Positions 48,591-57,863 of a stretch of 63,008 nucleotides of DNA are shown piece by piece; the stretch's first letter is position 1, and every line of letters starts with the position of its first letter. Origin of the DNA: a bacterium (GTDB lineage Bacteria > Patescibacteriota > Minisyncoccia > Phycocordibacterales > PALSA-1337); assembly GCA_025355565.1 (NCBI GenBank), contig JANXZK010000008.1, positions 1 to 63,008 on the forward strand, given 5' to 3'. Both the position numbers and the translations under genes were made by a program. The notes under the pieces were generated by a model, which saw only the letters and a list, made by a program, of their open reading frames with translations, did not search any database and was not told the origin of the DNA.

Positions 48591-50104
48591 TTTTTCTTTT
48601 GTCGTACGAAGGGTATAATTTGGGTATGGGTTACAAAATCAGAACGTCTAAAACTGGAAGCGGTAAGATTGAGGTACAAATAGTTCAATATCATAAAAGG
48701 AAAACAATTGTATTTAAACATTTTGGATCTGGAACAACAGAGATAGAAATACAACACCTAAAAGAAGTCGCCCAAAAGTGGATTGAGAAGGAGTTAAATA
48801 CCTATGGGTTGTTCAGTTTAAATGAAGGTAACGCATTTCTAGAAAATTACAACTATCTTGGTTTTAAATACTTTTATGCATATGAATTCTTGGAAAAGAT
48901 ATTTTATAAATTTAACTTTCATAAATCTTTAAATGAACTGTTTAAGGATTTGGTAATCAGTAGAATTCTAGAGCCAAATTCTAAACGAGAAAGTTTGAAT
49001 TTCTTAAATGAATTTATGGACAAGGATCATTCTTTGGATTCTTTGTACAAACAAATTGTTAAATATGATGAAAGTAAGAAACAGAATTTGGAAAAACAAA
49101 TAGTGGAGATAGCTAAGGATGAATTTGGTTTTGATTTTTCCTTCGTTTTGTATGATGTGACAACACTGTATTTTGAATCTTTTGAAGATTATGAATTCCA
49201 AAAATCAGGATACAGTAAAGACCACAAGGCTAATCAGCCACAGGTAGTGGTGGGGCTGGTGGTAACAAGAGAAGGGTTACCTCTAAGCTATCAAGTATGG
49301 AAAGGTAATACATTTGAAGGTAATACCTTCATACCAATCTTAAAAGCCTTTAAAAACCTGCATAAAATAGAAAAACTCACAGTGGTGGCTGATAGTGCCA
49401 TGTTGTCTAAGATTAATTTTAAAGCACTGAAGGAAGAAGGGTTGAACTATATAGTAGGTGCGAGACTTGGAAACTTAAAACAAGATATTTTGGAAAAGGT
49501 TTTAAAAAGTTTTAAAATGCAAGACAGCTATTCAACTAGGGTTGATGATCTGATTGTTGACTATTCTTCAGCTCGGTATATTAAAGATTTAAGTGATTTA
49601 GAAAAACAAAAAAAGAGAGCAGAAAAATATCTTGGTGAGTTATCATTCAGAACTCCTAAGTTGAAATATTTAAAGACTGAACTTTTCAACAATTCTTTAA
49701 ATCAAGAACTCATAGACAAACATAAAAAAATATTAGGTTTAAAAGGCTACTACTCTGATTTAAATTTATCAAATAAAGAAATTATTAATTATTATCATAA
49801 TCTATATAAAGTTGAACATGCTTGGAGAATTGCTAAGTCTGATTTAGAGACCAGACCTATTTATCATCACAAAGAAGGATCGATCAAAAATCATTTATTA
49901 ATCTGTTTTATAGCTTTAACTATTTCTGTATATCTAGAATTAAAAAACAAAACTTCTATTACTCAAATAATTTCTAATCTAAAGTCCGTGACGGATGCCA
50001 AGATTCAGAACAAACTTAATGGAAATGTACATTATCAAAGAACAGAATTAACTATAGCTGTGTTGGAGATGGAGAAAATGTCGTACTAACGGCAGAAGTC
50101 GGGA
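48524..50104 (+). mobile_element. IS1634-like (IS4-related) element inserted into the IS630 transposase gene
   Basis: 14-bp terminal inverted repeats (CCCGACTTCTGCCG at 48524-48537 and CGGCAGAAGTCGGG at 50090-50103), flanked by a 20-bp direct duplication (CCAGTGTTTGATCTTCTCCT at 48504-48523 and 50105-50124). Confidence 0.8.
48626..50089 (+). CDS. IS1634-family DDE transposase
   Basis: 487 aa from the ATG at 48626. Contains LYDVTTLYFES, VVADSAMLS and YKVEHAWRIAKSDL. Confidence 0.85.
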   Translation: MGYKIRTSKTGSGKIEVQIVQYHKRKTIVFKHFGSGTTEIEIQHLKEVAQKWIEKELNTYGLFSLNEGNAFLENYNYLGFKYFYAYEFLEKIFYKFNFHKSLNELFKDLVISRILEPNSKRESLNFLNEFMDKDHSLDSLYKQIVKYDESKKQNLEKQIVEIAKDEFGFDFSFVLYDVTTLYFESFEDYEFQKSGYSKDHKANQPQVVVGLVVTREGLPLSYQVWKGNTFEGNTFIPILKAFKNLHKIEKLTVVADSAMLSKINFKALKEEGLNYIVGARLGNLKQDILEKVLKSFKMQDSYSTRVDDLIVDYSSARYIKDLSDLEKQKKRAEKYLGELSFRTPKLKYLKTELFNNSLNQELIDKHKKILGLKGYYSDLNLSNKEIINYYHNLYKVEHAWRIAKSDLETRPIYHHKEGSIKNHLLICFIALTISVYLELKNKTSITQIISNLKSVTDAKIQNKLNGNVHYQRTELTIAVLEMEKMSY

Positions 50105-50572
50105 CCAGTGTTTGATCTTCTCCTTGTCCTGCTCGTAGGCATACTTCGTCGGTCGCTGGGGAGTCAGTCCCCAACGGTTGGTATATTTGCTCACTGTTTG
50201 TAGCCAAATCTTCCGTTTGGTTTTCTCTTGGATGCAATGTCGGATAGCCTTACGGTTCCATAGGGCGTATGGTAGGCCTAGTTCCTGGGGAGTTTTGGTC
50301 TCGATGTTCTTTTTGATTGTTTCTTCCTGCTTTTTGGTGAGTATCCTTTGTTCGTACAGTTCGCGGCCTCTTTTCATGCCTCTACAATCGCGAGACTCAA
50401 TGTCTTTCCTGTTTGACGACCATCTACTCACGGTCTCTTCACTAACTTCCACAATCTCTGCAGCCTTCTTCTGTGTCCAGCCTTCATCTATCTTGCTAAA
50501 TGCAAGTCGGCGGAGCTCCGCCTGCGTTTCTTCCGAGAGAGAGCGGAAGTCTCTTGTTTGGGTGGTGTTCAT
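50105..50572 (-). pseudogene. IS630 transposase, N-terminal HTH part
   Basis: HTH regions (WTQKKAAEIVEVSEETVSRW, ALWNRKAIRHCIQ). Ends at ...EKIKHW, which is duplicated at the other side of the insertion. Confidence 0.85.
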
Positions 50573-50669
50573 GTACCCATTGTATCACAAAATTGATGTA
50601 TTTGGGGGGTTGGTTAATAAGTTCAACTATGAGGAGATCCATCCATATAGTTTAACACCACCAAATATT

Positions 50670-50995
50670 ATTGCCTGTGGCGCCACTCGCCCCAACCGGC
50701 TTCTCCGGGCAGGCCGTGCGCGGCCGCTTTTACGAGAGCCACTGGTAGGAGAGAGTACGAACGCGCCCACTTCCGCCCTAACTTTGTATGTGGCGCTCCT
50801 TTCGCGCATACCCATATGCCTCCGCGCATTTCCCCCAATTGCTCATTGCAATAGGGGTGCGCTACGGCACATCGGTATGCGCTAGTCGCGAATTGGTTTC
50901 GTGGTTACGGGCGGAAGTAGACGCGTTCTCATCTCCAAAGCGGCTCGCGCACCGCCTACCCTCCAAAGCCGGTAGGACGGGGCGAAGGATATTTT
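50670..50995 (+). other. GC-rich, highly self-complementary ~320-nt non-coding element (candidate structured RNA)
   Basis: Nested long-range pairings, e.g. ACGCGCCCACTTCCGCCC (50759-50776) with GGGCGGAAGTAGACGCGT (50909-50926). Also local hairpins GGCCG-TGCG-CGGCC and CCTACC...GGTAGG. Only nonsense ORFs. Confidence 0.3.
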
Positions 50996-51062
50996 TTGTA
51001 TTTAAGAAATAGGATCTATATTTTGTAAATTCGTAATTGATTCATTTAGAAAATCAACATCC

Positions 51063-51299
51063 CTAGAATGTAGAACCACTATAAACAGCGGATTTATAAG
51101 CATTTTGTGAGGTTAGATTTATTGTCGGAAAACCGATTTCAGTAATAATCCTTTTGACTATGACAACATTTTTGCGATTTATTTCCGTGAGATCGGATGC
51201 AATAATTTTACCAGCTCTAAAATCCTTTATAGCCTGCTGATCTGTCTCCTTTATTGTCTCCAATATTAGAGTATCTCTTTTTATCAAAGCTGTATCCAT
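51063..51299 (-). CDS. hypothetical protein
   Basis: 78-aa ORF with plausible composition and no recognisable motif. Confidence 0.4.
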   Translation of the reverse strand: MDTALIKRDTLILETIKETDQQAIKDFRAGKIIASDLTEINRKNVVIVKRIITEIGFPTINLTSQNAYKSAVYSGSTF

Positions 51300-51318
51300 A
51301 GAAATACTATACTATATC

Positions 51319-51359
51319 GAAAAGAAAAAGGAGCTAGGCGGACGATGCCACCGAGCTCC
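51319..51359 (-). terminator. Rho-independent terminator
   Basis: On the minus strand, GGAGCUCGGUGG-CAUCGU-CCGCCUAGCUCC followed by UUUUUCUUUUC. Confidence 0.55.
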
Positions 51360-51397
51360 TCACGTGTCTAGCTACTCAATCACGAGTAGCTTTGCGC

Positions 51398-51505
51398 TTA
51401 GACGCTTTCTCCAGTGCTTCCATCGCCGCCACCGGAAGAGTCGGAATCACCCTCGTAGGACGGGCAACCCTCATCGTCGCTTTCGCGTTGAATAACATTA
51501 ATCAT
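51398..51505 (-). CDS. 35-aa acidic micro-protein candidate
   Basis: AAGGA 6 nt upstream of the ATG. Sequence MINVIQRESDDEGCPSYEGDSDSSGGGDGSTGESV. Followed by two hairpins including the terminator. Confidence 0.3.
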   Translation of the reverse strand: MINVIQRESDDEGCPSYEGDSDSSGGGDGSTGESV

Positions 51506-51629
51506 AAGGATCCTTATGGTTACAGTTTTTCGCTATGTCGAGCCACTCATACATGAGTCGGTTCTCCCTCTATAGAGGTAAAGTTAATTTGGCACCCTAT
51601 CATCGAAATCATCTACCCCGTCATCAGCC

Positions 51630-51698
51630 CTATCGGGCATTACGGGTATCGATGTCAATCGTCGGCATAGGGTCACCGATCGTGCTTGTTGTTGGCAT
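51630..51698 (-). CDS. 22-aa micro-ORF candidate
   Basis: GGAGG 6 nt upstream of the ATG at 51698. Sequence MPTTSTIGDPMPTIDIDTRNAR. Confidence 0.3.
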   Translation of the reverse strand: MPTTSTIGDPMPTIDIDTRNAR

Positions 51699-51839
51699 AT
51701 AAACCTCCGTATTACTCAGTCTTAATGACTCTATGTACAAGTCATTCTGTAAACACACTATCAGACTTTGAATTACGAAACTCCTTTTTCTCCTTGTTTT
51801 CATATACAATAGTAAAGGCCCCTGCAAAGGGCCTGAACT

Positions 51840-52637
51840 ATGACTTACATTTCCCTCTACAATGACGTAGTGGCAAAAGTAAAATTCTTCTTCAAACAGT
51901 TACATCTTACCATATCTAAAAGTACAGGTCGAAAATTAGCTATTACTCCAGAAGACACAGTTGCACTGTCACTCTTCAAACAAGCTCAAGGAATCGAAAC
52001 CAAGAAATCAGTCTGGCAAATCTTCAATCTAAAATGCAGTTACAAGACCTTGGTGGTGAACATGAATCGCATGGCAATCTGGGCACTACTCATTCTTCAG
52101 TCAATCCTCAAATGGAATCAGAAACACTCGCACATTGTTAAACACACAGACTCAACAGATATACCAGTCTGTCTCACAAAGAATGGCAGTAGACACAGAA
52201 CCATGAGTGCCTATGCGACATGGGCACATGGCCCAAAAGGTTGGTATTACGGCCTCAAATTGAGTCTGACAGCCGATCTTGATCGTAATGTATTAGCAGT
52301 ATTCTTAAATTCAGGCAACTCCAGTGACAGGAAGACCTTCAAGACCATGAACAAGGATTTGCTAGGCATATTCGTAGCTGATGCGGGATATATATCCAAA
52401 GACCTCGAACGAGAGTTCTATATTGAAAACAAGAGAATCCTGTTTGCCAAACCAAGAGCCAACATGAAAAGGATTGCTACAACATTCCAGACAAGACTAT
52501 ATGACACAAGAATGTTGATCGAATTGAACTTTAGGAATCTCAAAATGTTTTATGGACTTGTTACCTCTCTTCCAAGATCAGTGGATGGCTACTTAGGAAA
52601 TTACACTTACTCTCTCCTCGCGCATGTACTCGCGTAG
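51840..52637 (+). CDS. IS982/IS5-like DDE transposase
   Basis: 265 aa. DSTDIPVC, GWYYGLKLSL, FVADAGYIS and RMLIELNFRNLK, arranged as in IS982-type transposases. Element ends not resolved. Confidence 0.7.
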   Translation: MTYISLYNDVVAKVKFFFKQLHLTISKSTGRKLAITPEDTVALSLFKQAQGIETKKSVWQIFNLKCSYKTLVVNMNRMAIWALLILQSILKWNQKHSHIVKHTDSTDIPVCLTKNGSRHRTMSAYATWAHGPKGWYYGLKLSLTADLDRNVLAVFLNSGNSSDRKTFKTMNKDLLGIFVADAGYISKDLEREFYIENKRILFAKPRANMKRIATTFQTRLYDTRMLIELNFRNLKMFYGLVTSLPRSVDGYLGNYTYSLLAHVLA

Positions 52638-52788
52638 GACAATTATTTGAAGAAGAACAATATTTTTGCAGAAAACACAGTCAACTGTGGTTGTTTGAGG
52701 TGGGAGAGTTATCAACAGATTGTGGAGTTTTGTAATTCACAGTATCAGAGTATATTACTATTTGTCACGGGGGTATCGAAATCTAGCT

Positions 52789-54039
52789 CTATTTGGCCAT
52801 AGCTTGACCTAATATAAGAATTGCTGGGTTCACAGAAAACATCTTCTCTGCAGTCTTCTGAATAAGATCGGGTGAATGGATAATTGACTCGTAATTTTCC
52901 AATTCCTGTTCTATCGACTGTATTGTTCCAGTAAAACACCACAATGTGGAATAATATGACGCCTCAGAAAGTGAATTCTCGAACGAAAAAGCTATGTTTG
53001 ATCTAATGAATGCCAACGCCTTATTTAATTCACTTTTTGGTAAATTGTTGGAGGAGATTTTATCTAATTCATCTCTTATTATCTCCAGACACTCCGAGAC
53101 CTTATCATTTGCCAAACCAACCTGAATAGTCAATACACCAAAATTTCTACCATTAAAATTATTACTCCCTACTACATATGCCAAAGCTCGTTTTTCACGA
53201 ATCTCATAAAAAAGTCGTGAGGATTTTCCTCTGGTCAAAAGTACAGATAATATATTGCTTATATAATGATCTTTATCTTCAGATTTAAATCCTCGATAGC
53301 CGACCACAAGCACTGCCTGTTTTGAATCGGGCATATTTTGCAACATTGGTTCTTTTTGTGGTACGACATGTAAATCTATTAGTGGCAATTTTTCACCTGA
53401 TTCAATACTCTCGAAATATTTTTTAGCCAGTATCAATACTTGATCCTCGGATATGTTTCCGCACACTGTTAGAACCATATTCTTGGCGCAATGCGTTCGT
53501 TGATGATATGACAAAATAGCAGAGCGAGAAATTTTTTTCACATCATCAACATCACCGGTAGTTAATCCGCCAATTCTCGAACCTGGAAAAATCACAGAAT
53601 ATATTAATCGTTGAGCGAACTTCTCAGGATCAGATTTGAATCTGTATATCTCTTGCTCAATAATTTTTTTCTGCTTCTCAATGTCTTCGTCTCTTATAAG
53701 CGGATGACTAGATATTTCTGAAAGATATTCAAAGGCTGTTTCCGAATCTTCCTTTAACACTTTAACGACATATTCGATGGTTTCCTTATTGGTAGTCGCG
53801 TTTCGCGAACCACCCCGTTCATCGATAAGCTCGGCGAGTTGTCTTTCAGTTGGAAACTTCTCTGTTCCATCAGAAACTATATGTTCTAGAAAATGAGCTA
53901 CGCCGATTTCATCTAACGACTCATACATGCTTCCAGCGATCACCATAAGACTCATTGAAACATTTAGACTATTCTGTCTCGGGATATGTATAACAGTTAA
54001 TCCGTTTGGCATTGTAAATGTTGAAATTTTTGACTCCAT
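52789..54039 (-). CDS. M16-family (pitrilysin/insulinase-like) zinc peptidase
   Basis: 416 aa with the inverted zinc motif HFLEH and a downstream Glu, in a two-domain M16 layout. Confidence 0.85.
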   Translation of the reverse strand: MESKISTFTMPNGLTVIHIPRQNSLNVSMSLMVIAGSMYESLDEIGVAHFLEHIVSDGTEKFPTERQLAELIDERGGSRNATTNKETIEYVVKVLKEDSETAFEYLSEISSHPLIRDEDIEKQKKIIEQEIYRFKSDPEKFAQRLIYSVIFPGSRIGGLTTGDVDDVKKISRSAILSYHQRTHCAKNMVLTVCGNISEDQVLILAKKYFESIESGEKLPLIDLHVVPQKEPMLQNMPDSKQAVLVVGYRGFKSEDKDHYISNILSVLLTRGKSSRLFYEIREKRALAYVVGSNNFNGRNFGVLTIQVGLANDKVSECLEIIRDELDKISSNNLPKSELNKALAFIRSNIAFSFENSLSEASYYSTLWCFTGTIQSIEQELENYESIIHSPDLIQKTAEKMFSVNPAILILGQAMAK

Positions 54040-54207
54040 TATTATACTTTACCATAAAATTAGACCCTATACAAAATTTCATAGATCTTGCAAGATTATT
54101 AGAATATCAATTACGATAGCAATTTGAATCAATTTTAAATCGTCACATAAAGATATTGAACCACGTTATTCTTGTTAAAATTATAGCGTTAGATTACAAT
54201 TTCATAG

Positions 54208-54852
54208 ATGAAGAAAACCATTTATTTTGTTCGCCACGGCGAAAGCGAAGGTAATGCGAGCGAGATTGGAAATGTGAACCATTCTCCATTGAGTGAGAGA
54301 GGACGAAAACAAACAGAGTTTGTCGCAAAAAGATGTTTGAGCCTTTCTATTCAGACAATAATTACCAGTAATCTTGAAAGAGCTATTGAGACAGGACGAA
54401 TTATAGGCTCACTTCTCGGAATAAGGACAGAATCATCAGAATTATTTGCCGAACGCAGGAAACCGTCAGCAGTCTTTGGTCAGGTGATCGAGTCGTTGGA
54501 GGCTCAAAAAGTATGGCGGGCTCTCTGGGACAATTTTCACATTCCAGGATTCAGACATTCTGATGAGGAAAATTTTGAAGATCTAAAGACGAGAGCGATT
54601 AAAGCCTTGGAATATCTGGCTTTTAGAAACGAGGATGTCATTCTTGTCGTGACGCACGGTATTTTCCTAAAAATCATCATAGCGGTCGCGGTAATGGGAG
54701 ATGATCTTAACGGTCAGGAGTGCGTGCGTTTCATGTCTCGATTCGAAATAGAGAATACCGGTGTATCCGTTCTTAAGTATGACAGCGAAGAAAGATTTGG
54801 GCGCAAATGGGTAATTTTGACGTGGAATGACCAAGCCCATTTAGGAGAATGA
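54208..54852 (+). CDS. histidine phosphatase family protein (phosphoglycerate-mutase-like)
   Basis: IYFVRHGESEGN and VVTHGIFL. Confidence 0.85.
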   Translation: MKKTIYFVRHGESEGNASEIGNVNHSPLSERGRKQTEFVAKRCLSLSIQTIITSNLERAIETGRIIGSLLGIRTESSELFAERRKPSAVFGQVIESLEAQKVWRALWDNFHIPGFRHSDEENFEDLKTRAIKALEYLAFRNEDVILVVTHGIFLKIIIAVAVMGDDLNGQECVRFMSRFEIENTGVSVLKYDSEERFGRKWVILTWNDQAHLGE

Positions 54853-54999
54853 TATATTAAATGATTTATTAGTTAACTCCGTTCTAATAACGTTCCAGAC
54901 GGCGCACAGTTTTTCAAAAGTGATGTTTTTGGTTTTTCTACAGCTATTCTTGATGATTGTCACTATTGCAAATCTTACCCGACATGAGATCATCATGTT

Positions 55000-55355
55000 A
55001 TGAATGCCGGAAAAAAGATCATAGTAAATAATAGTGAAATCGGATTCATTTCCAAAAACGGAGATGACTATATATCCTTGACTGATATTGCTCGTTATAA
55101 GAATTCTAAAGAACCAAAGGATATTGTAAAGAATTGGATGAGAAATAGAGGCACTATTGAATTCCTGGGCATATGGGAGAAAATCAATAACCCGGATTTT
55201 ATAGGGGTCGAATTCGACTCCTATAGAGATGAAGCAGGAAGTAATGCTTTCGTACTGTCGCCCCAGAAGATGTCTTAAATATGGCATTGTTCGGGATGAC
55301 TGCAAAAGACTGGAGGGACACGAATTCAAAAAAGTCTCTTAAGGCGTATATTTAA
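55000..55355 (+). pseudogene. KilA-N domain gene remnant (internally deleted/frameshifted)
   Basis: ISLTDIARYKN...NWMRNRGTIEFLGIWEKINNPDF is KilA-N-like. The ORF stops at 92 aa, and a C-terminal-type segment (DVLNMALFGMTAKDWRD) continues in another frame to 55355. Confidence 0.7.
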
Positions 55356-55398
55356 TAGTTATATTTTCAAACGCGGTTTATATTATACTTATATTATC

Positions 55399-55956
55399 AT
55401 GCTATACACACGAAAAGGTGACAGTGGCACTACCAAAGATCTCCGATCCGGTACTGGACAGCGCAAATCCAAGAGCTCCTGCCAAACAGAGACTCTAGGC
55501 GCACTGGACGAGCTCAATTCTTTCTTGGGATTGGTAAAAGTGAAGGCGGCCGGCCTGGCTTGGACAGCGAGCGGCAAGAAAGTCGACCGCATCATCGATC
55601 GGGCACAGAATTCCCTATTCATCGTGCAGGCAGAGGTAGCTGGTGCGGACAAGACGATCAGCAACGACAAAGTGAGCGAGATGGAAGAGTTGATCGATAC
55701 GATAGAAAAGGAAATGCCTCCGATCAAGACATTTTTCATCTCCGGTGGCACAGAGATCGCCGCACTGCTCGACATCTCGCGCACACTGGCACGCAAAGCG
55801 GAGCGTCGAGTGATCGCCAGTATCGAGCTCGGAGAGGTGCGAGTCGGTCCGATCACACTGGCATTCCTAAACAGGCTCTCTTCCCTATTCTACGCTCTCG
55901 CTCGACTAACTAACCATAAAAGTGGTATAAAGGAGGTACCACCGAGTTATAACTAG
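55399..55956 (+). CDS. PduO-type ATP:cob(I)alamin adenosyltransferase family protein
   Basis: MLYTRKGDSGTT N-terminus and a helical-bundle remainder (ETLGALDELNSFLG). Confidence 0.85.
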   Translation: MLYTRKGDSGTTKDLRSGTGQRKSKSSCQTETLGALDELNSFLGLVKVKAAGLAWTASGKKVDRIIDRAQNSLFIVQAEVAGADKTISNDKVSEMEELIDTIEKEMPPIKTFFISGGTEIAALLDISRTLARKAERRVIASIELGEVRVGPITLAFLNRLSSLFYALARLTNHKSGIKEVPPSYN

Positions 55957-56176
55957 GTGGGGAAAGCGTATATGGTGGCTATGGTGTAATAGCAGCACAT
56001 GGGCTTGTGGAGCCCTTAGATCCGGAGCATAACCGGATAGCCACCCAGATTTGGGTATTATCTATCAAATGATCTTTTGGTTGAATCTCTCCAATTCGAC
56101 GCGAACTTTTTGCTCCTTGTAAACAATTATTTATAAGGAAGAGCCATCTGTGCATAACCACTTGTTTTTATCCTTT

Positions 56177-56227
56177 TTGACCAGTATAATACTTGTACTG
56201 GTCAAAAAAGACATATTTTGACCAGTA
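56177..56227. promoter_or_regulatory. three copies of TTGACCAGTA (perfect 10-bp palindrome arms plus a third direct copy) upstream of the AAA ATPase gene
   Basis: TTGACCAGTA at 56177-56186, TACTGGTCAA at 56196-56205, TTGACCAGTA at 56218-56227. The ATG is at 56241. Confidence 0.4.
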
Positions 56228-56240
56228 GAACCAAAATAAT

Positions 56241-57512
56241 ATGCTAAAAACCATAGTATCCAATCAAAAAAAGCAAAAAGAACAGCTTTTATCCCTTGCT
56301 TATATACAAAGAAGTAAAGAACCATTTGCACAGAAATGGCTTAATTCTGATTTAATAAAAGTGATACTTGGTCCCCGCCGAGCGGGAAAATCTGTCTTTT
56401 CTTTGGTACTCCTTAGAGATCGACCATTTATGTACTTCAACTTTGATGATGAAGTCATAGCAAGTAATGGTGGAATAGATACCAATGAATTGATGAAGGA
56501 GTTGCATGCGGAGTATGGTCAGGTCAAAACTATTCTCTTTGATGAAATACAAAATCTTCCAAACTGGGAACTTTTTGTGAACCGCTTGCATCGTGAAGAT
56601 TACAATCTTGTACTTACAGGATCAAATGCTCACCTTCTTTCAAAAGAACTTGCAACCCATCTTACAGGCAGACATATGCCAATAGAAATATTACCATTTG
56701 ATTTTAATGAATTTTTGAAAGCAAAGAAATTTGATACTAATCCTGAATACAGAATGCTTCCAAAGAATTATGGAGAGTTACTTAACCTCATGGAGAACTA
56801 CATGGTGAATGGTGGTTTTCCAGAGGTTGCTGTAAACAATGCTGATCCTAGAGATTATCTGGGTGTATTGTTCGATGCGCTCCTATTTAAAGATGTGGTG
56901 AAGAGACATAAAGTGAAACTTTCTACTCAAGTAGGAAATCTCGGTTCACATCTCATAAATAATTTCTCAAATTTGTACACGGTCCGAAAAATAATGGACG
57001 TATTAAATCTTAAGAGTACAACAACTGTTGAAAAATATATTGATTACCTTGAAGAGGCATACCTTATTTTCTCGTTGCATCAGTATTCTCCAAAGTCTGT
57101 TACTAGAATAAAATCACCTCGTAAAATATATGTCGTTGATAATGGTTTTGTCCTTGCAAAAGCTGTTCAACACTCGCCAGATAAAGGAAAACTCATGGAG
57201 AACCTTGTTTTTATAGAACTTGTTAAACGAGGCAACAAACCAAACCGTGAATTGTTCTATTACAAGACTCGTAATGATCGAGAAATAGATTTTTTGCTTA
57301 TGAAAGGACATGTGGTAACAGAACTTGTGCAAGTATGTTTCGAATCAATAAACCCCGACGTTGAACAGAGAGAAATAAAAGCATTGGTAGAAGCAAGTGG
57401 TGAATTGAACGTCAAAACACTCACTGTGCTTACTTGGGATGAAAAACGTGAAGTGGAAAAAGATGGTCTAAAGATTTCCTTTAAACCCCTACACGAATGG
57501 CTGAAAGCCTGA
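56241..57512 (+). CDS. AAA-family ATPase with DUF4143-like C-terminal domain
   Basis: Walker A GPRRAGKS and Walker B ILFDEIQ. The C-terminal region resembles a restriction-endonuclease-like fold (ELVQV...). Confidence 0.85.
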   Translation: MLKTIVSNQKKQKEQLLSLAYIQRSKEPFAQKWLNSDLIKVILGPRRAGKSVFSLVLLRDRPFMYFNFDDEVIASNGGIDTNELMKELHAEYGQVKTILFDEIQNLPNWELFVNRLHREDYNLVLTGSNAHLLSKELATHLTGRHMPIEILPFDFNEFLKAKKFDTNPEYRMLPKNYGELLNLMENYMVNGGFPEVAVNNADPRDYLGVLFDALLFKDVVKRHKVKLSTQVGNLGSHLINNFSNLYTVRKIMDVLNLKSTTTVEKYIDYLEEAYLIFSLHQYSPKSVTRIKSPRKIYVVDNGFVLAKAVQHSPDKGKLMENLVFIELVKRGNKPNRELFYYKTRNDREIDFLLMKGHVVTELVQVCFESINPDVEQREIKALVEASGELNVKTLTVLTWDEKREVEKDGLKISFKPLHEWLKA

Positions 57513-57539
57513 TCGTTTCGAGGCAGAGCCTCTCTGCTT

Positions 57540-57680
57540 GGCAACGAATATACAATGATGAGGGCGTCGATGGACTTCTCACCAACAAAGGCGACCTAAA
57601 GCGACAGGAATCGTTTAAAAAAGGGGCATTGTCGAGCAGATAGCCAAAATTATATCTCACGACAAACCACAACGTAATTG
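57540..57680 (+). pseudogene. short relic of an IS630-type transposase N-terminus
   Basis: WQRIYNDEGVDGLLTNKGDLKRQESF..., interrupted by a stop, with no continuing ORF. Confidence 0.35.
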
Positions 57681-57863
57681 TGCCTACTAGATAACTACTT
57701 CACATTCTTCGCCACTCGCTCCAACAGCACTTTCGGAAAGTGATCCTCCTCCGCTCCTCGCAAGCTCCTCCTTCGCAAAGTTACGGAGGACACCGTCGGA
57801 GCTCTGGCGGGACGAGTTGGTATGGTGAGAGCGACCAACGGTCTGTGCGCTACATATTCTTTT

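Larger units (their letters stand above)
47906..50617 (-). mobile_element. IS630-family element, itself interrupted by another IS
   Basis: 26-bp perfect terminal inverted repeats (TTAACCAACCCCCCAAATACATCAAT at 47906-47931 and its reverse complement at 50592-50617), flanked by TA on both sides (47904-47905 and 50618-50619). Confidence 0.85.

Noticed and set aside
50178-50885. 235-aa plus-strand ORF
   Set aside because: It is antisense to the IS630 transposase N-terminal part and then runs through the GC-rich non-coding element. Its Arg/Ala/Pro-rich nonsense is typical of GC-rich read-through.
51800-52700. Terminal inverted repeats of the IS982-like element
   Set aside because: Only a short shared CTGCAAA core is visible (near 51821 and, reverse-complemented, near 52667). 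That is not enough to define the ends, so only the transposase CDS is reported.
54841-55329. 162-aa minus-strand ORF
   Set aside because: It is antisense to the recognisable KilA-N remnant and has no motif.
55389-55913. ORFs 55389..55856(-) and 55560..55913(+) overlapping the PduO-type adenosyltransferase
   Set aside because: These are shadow frames of a gene with clear family motifs.
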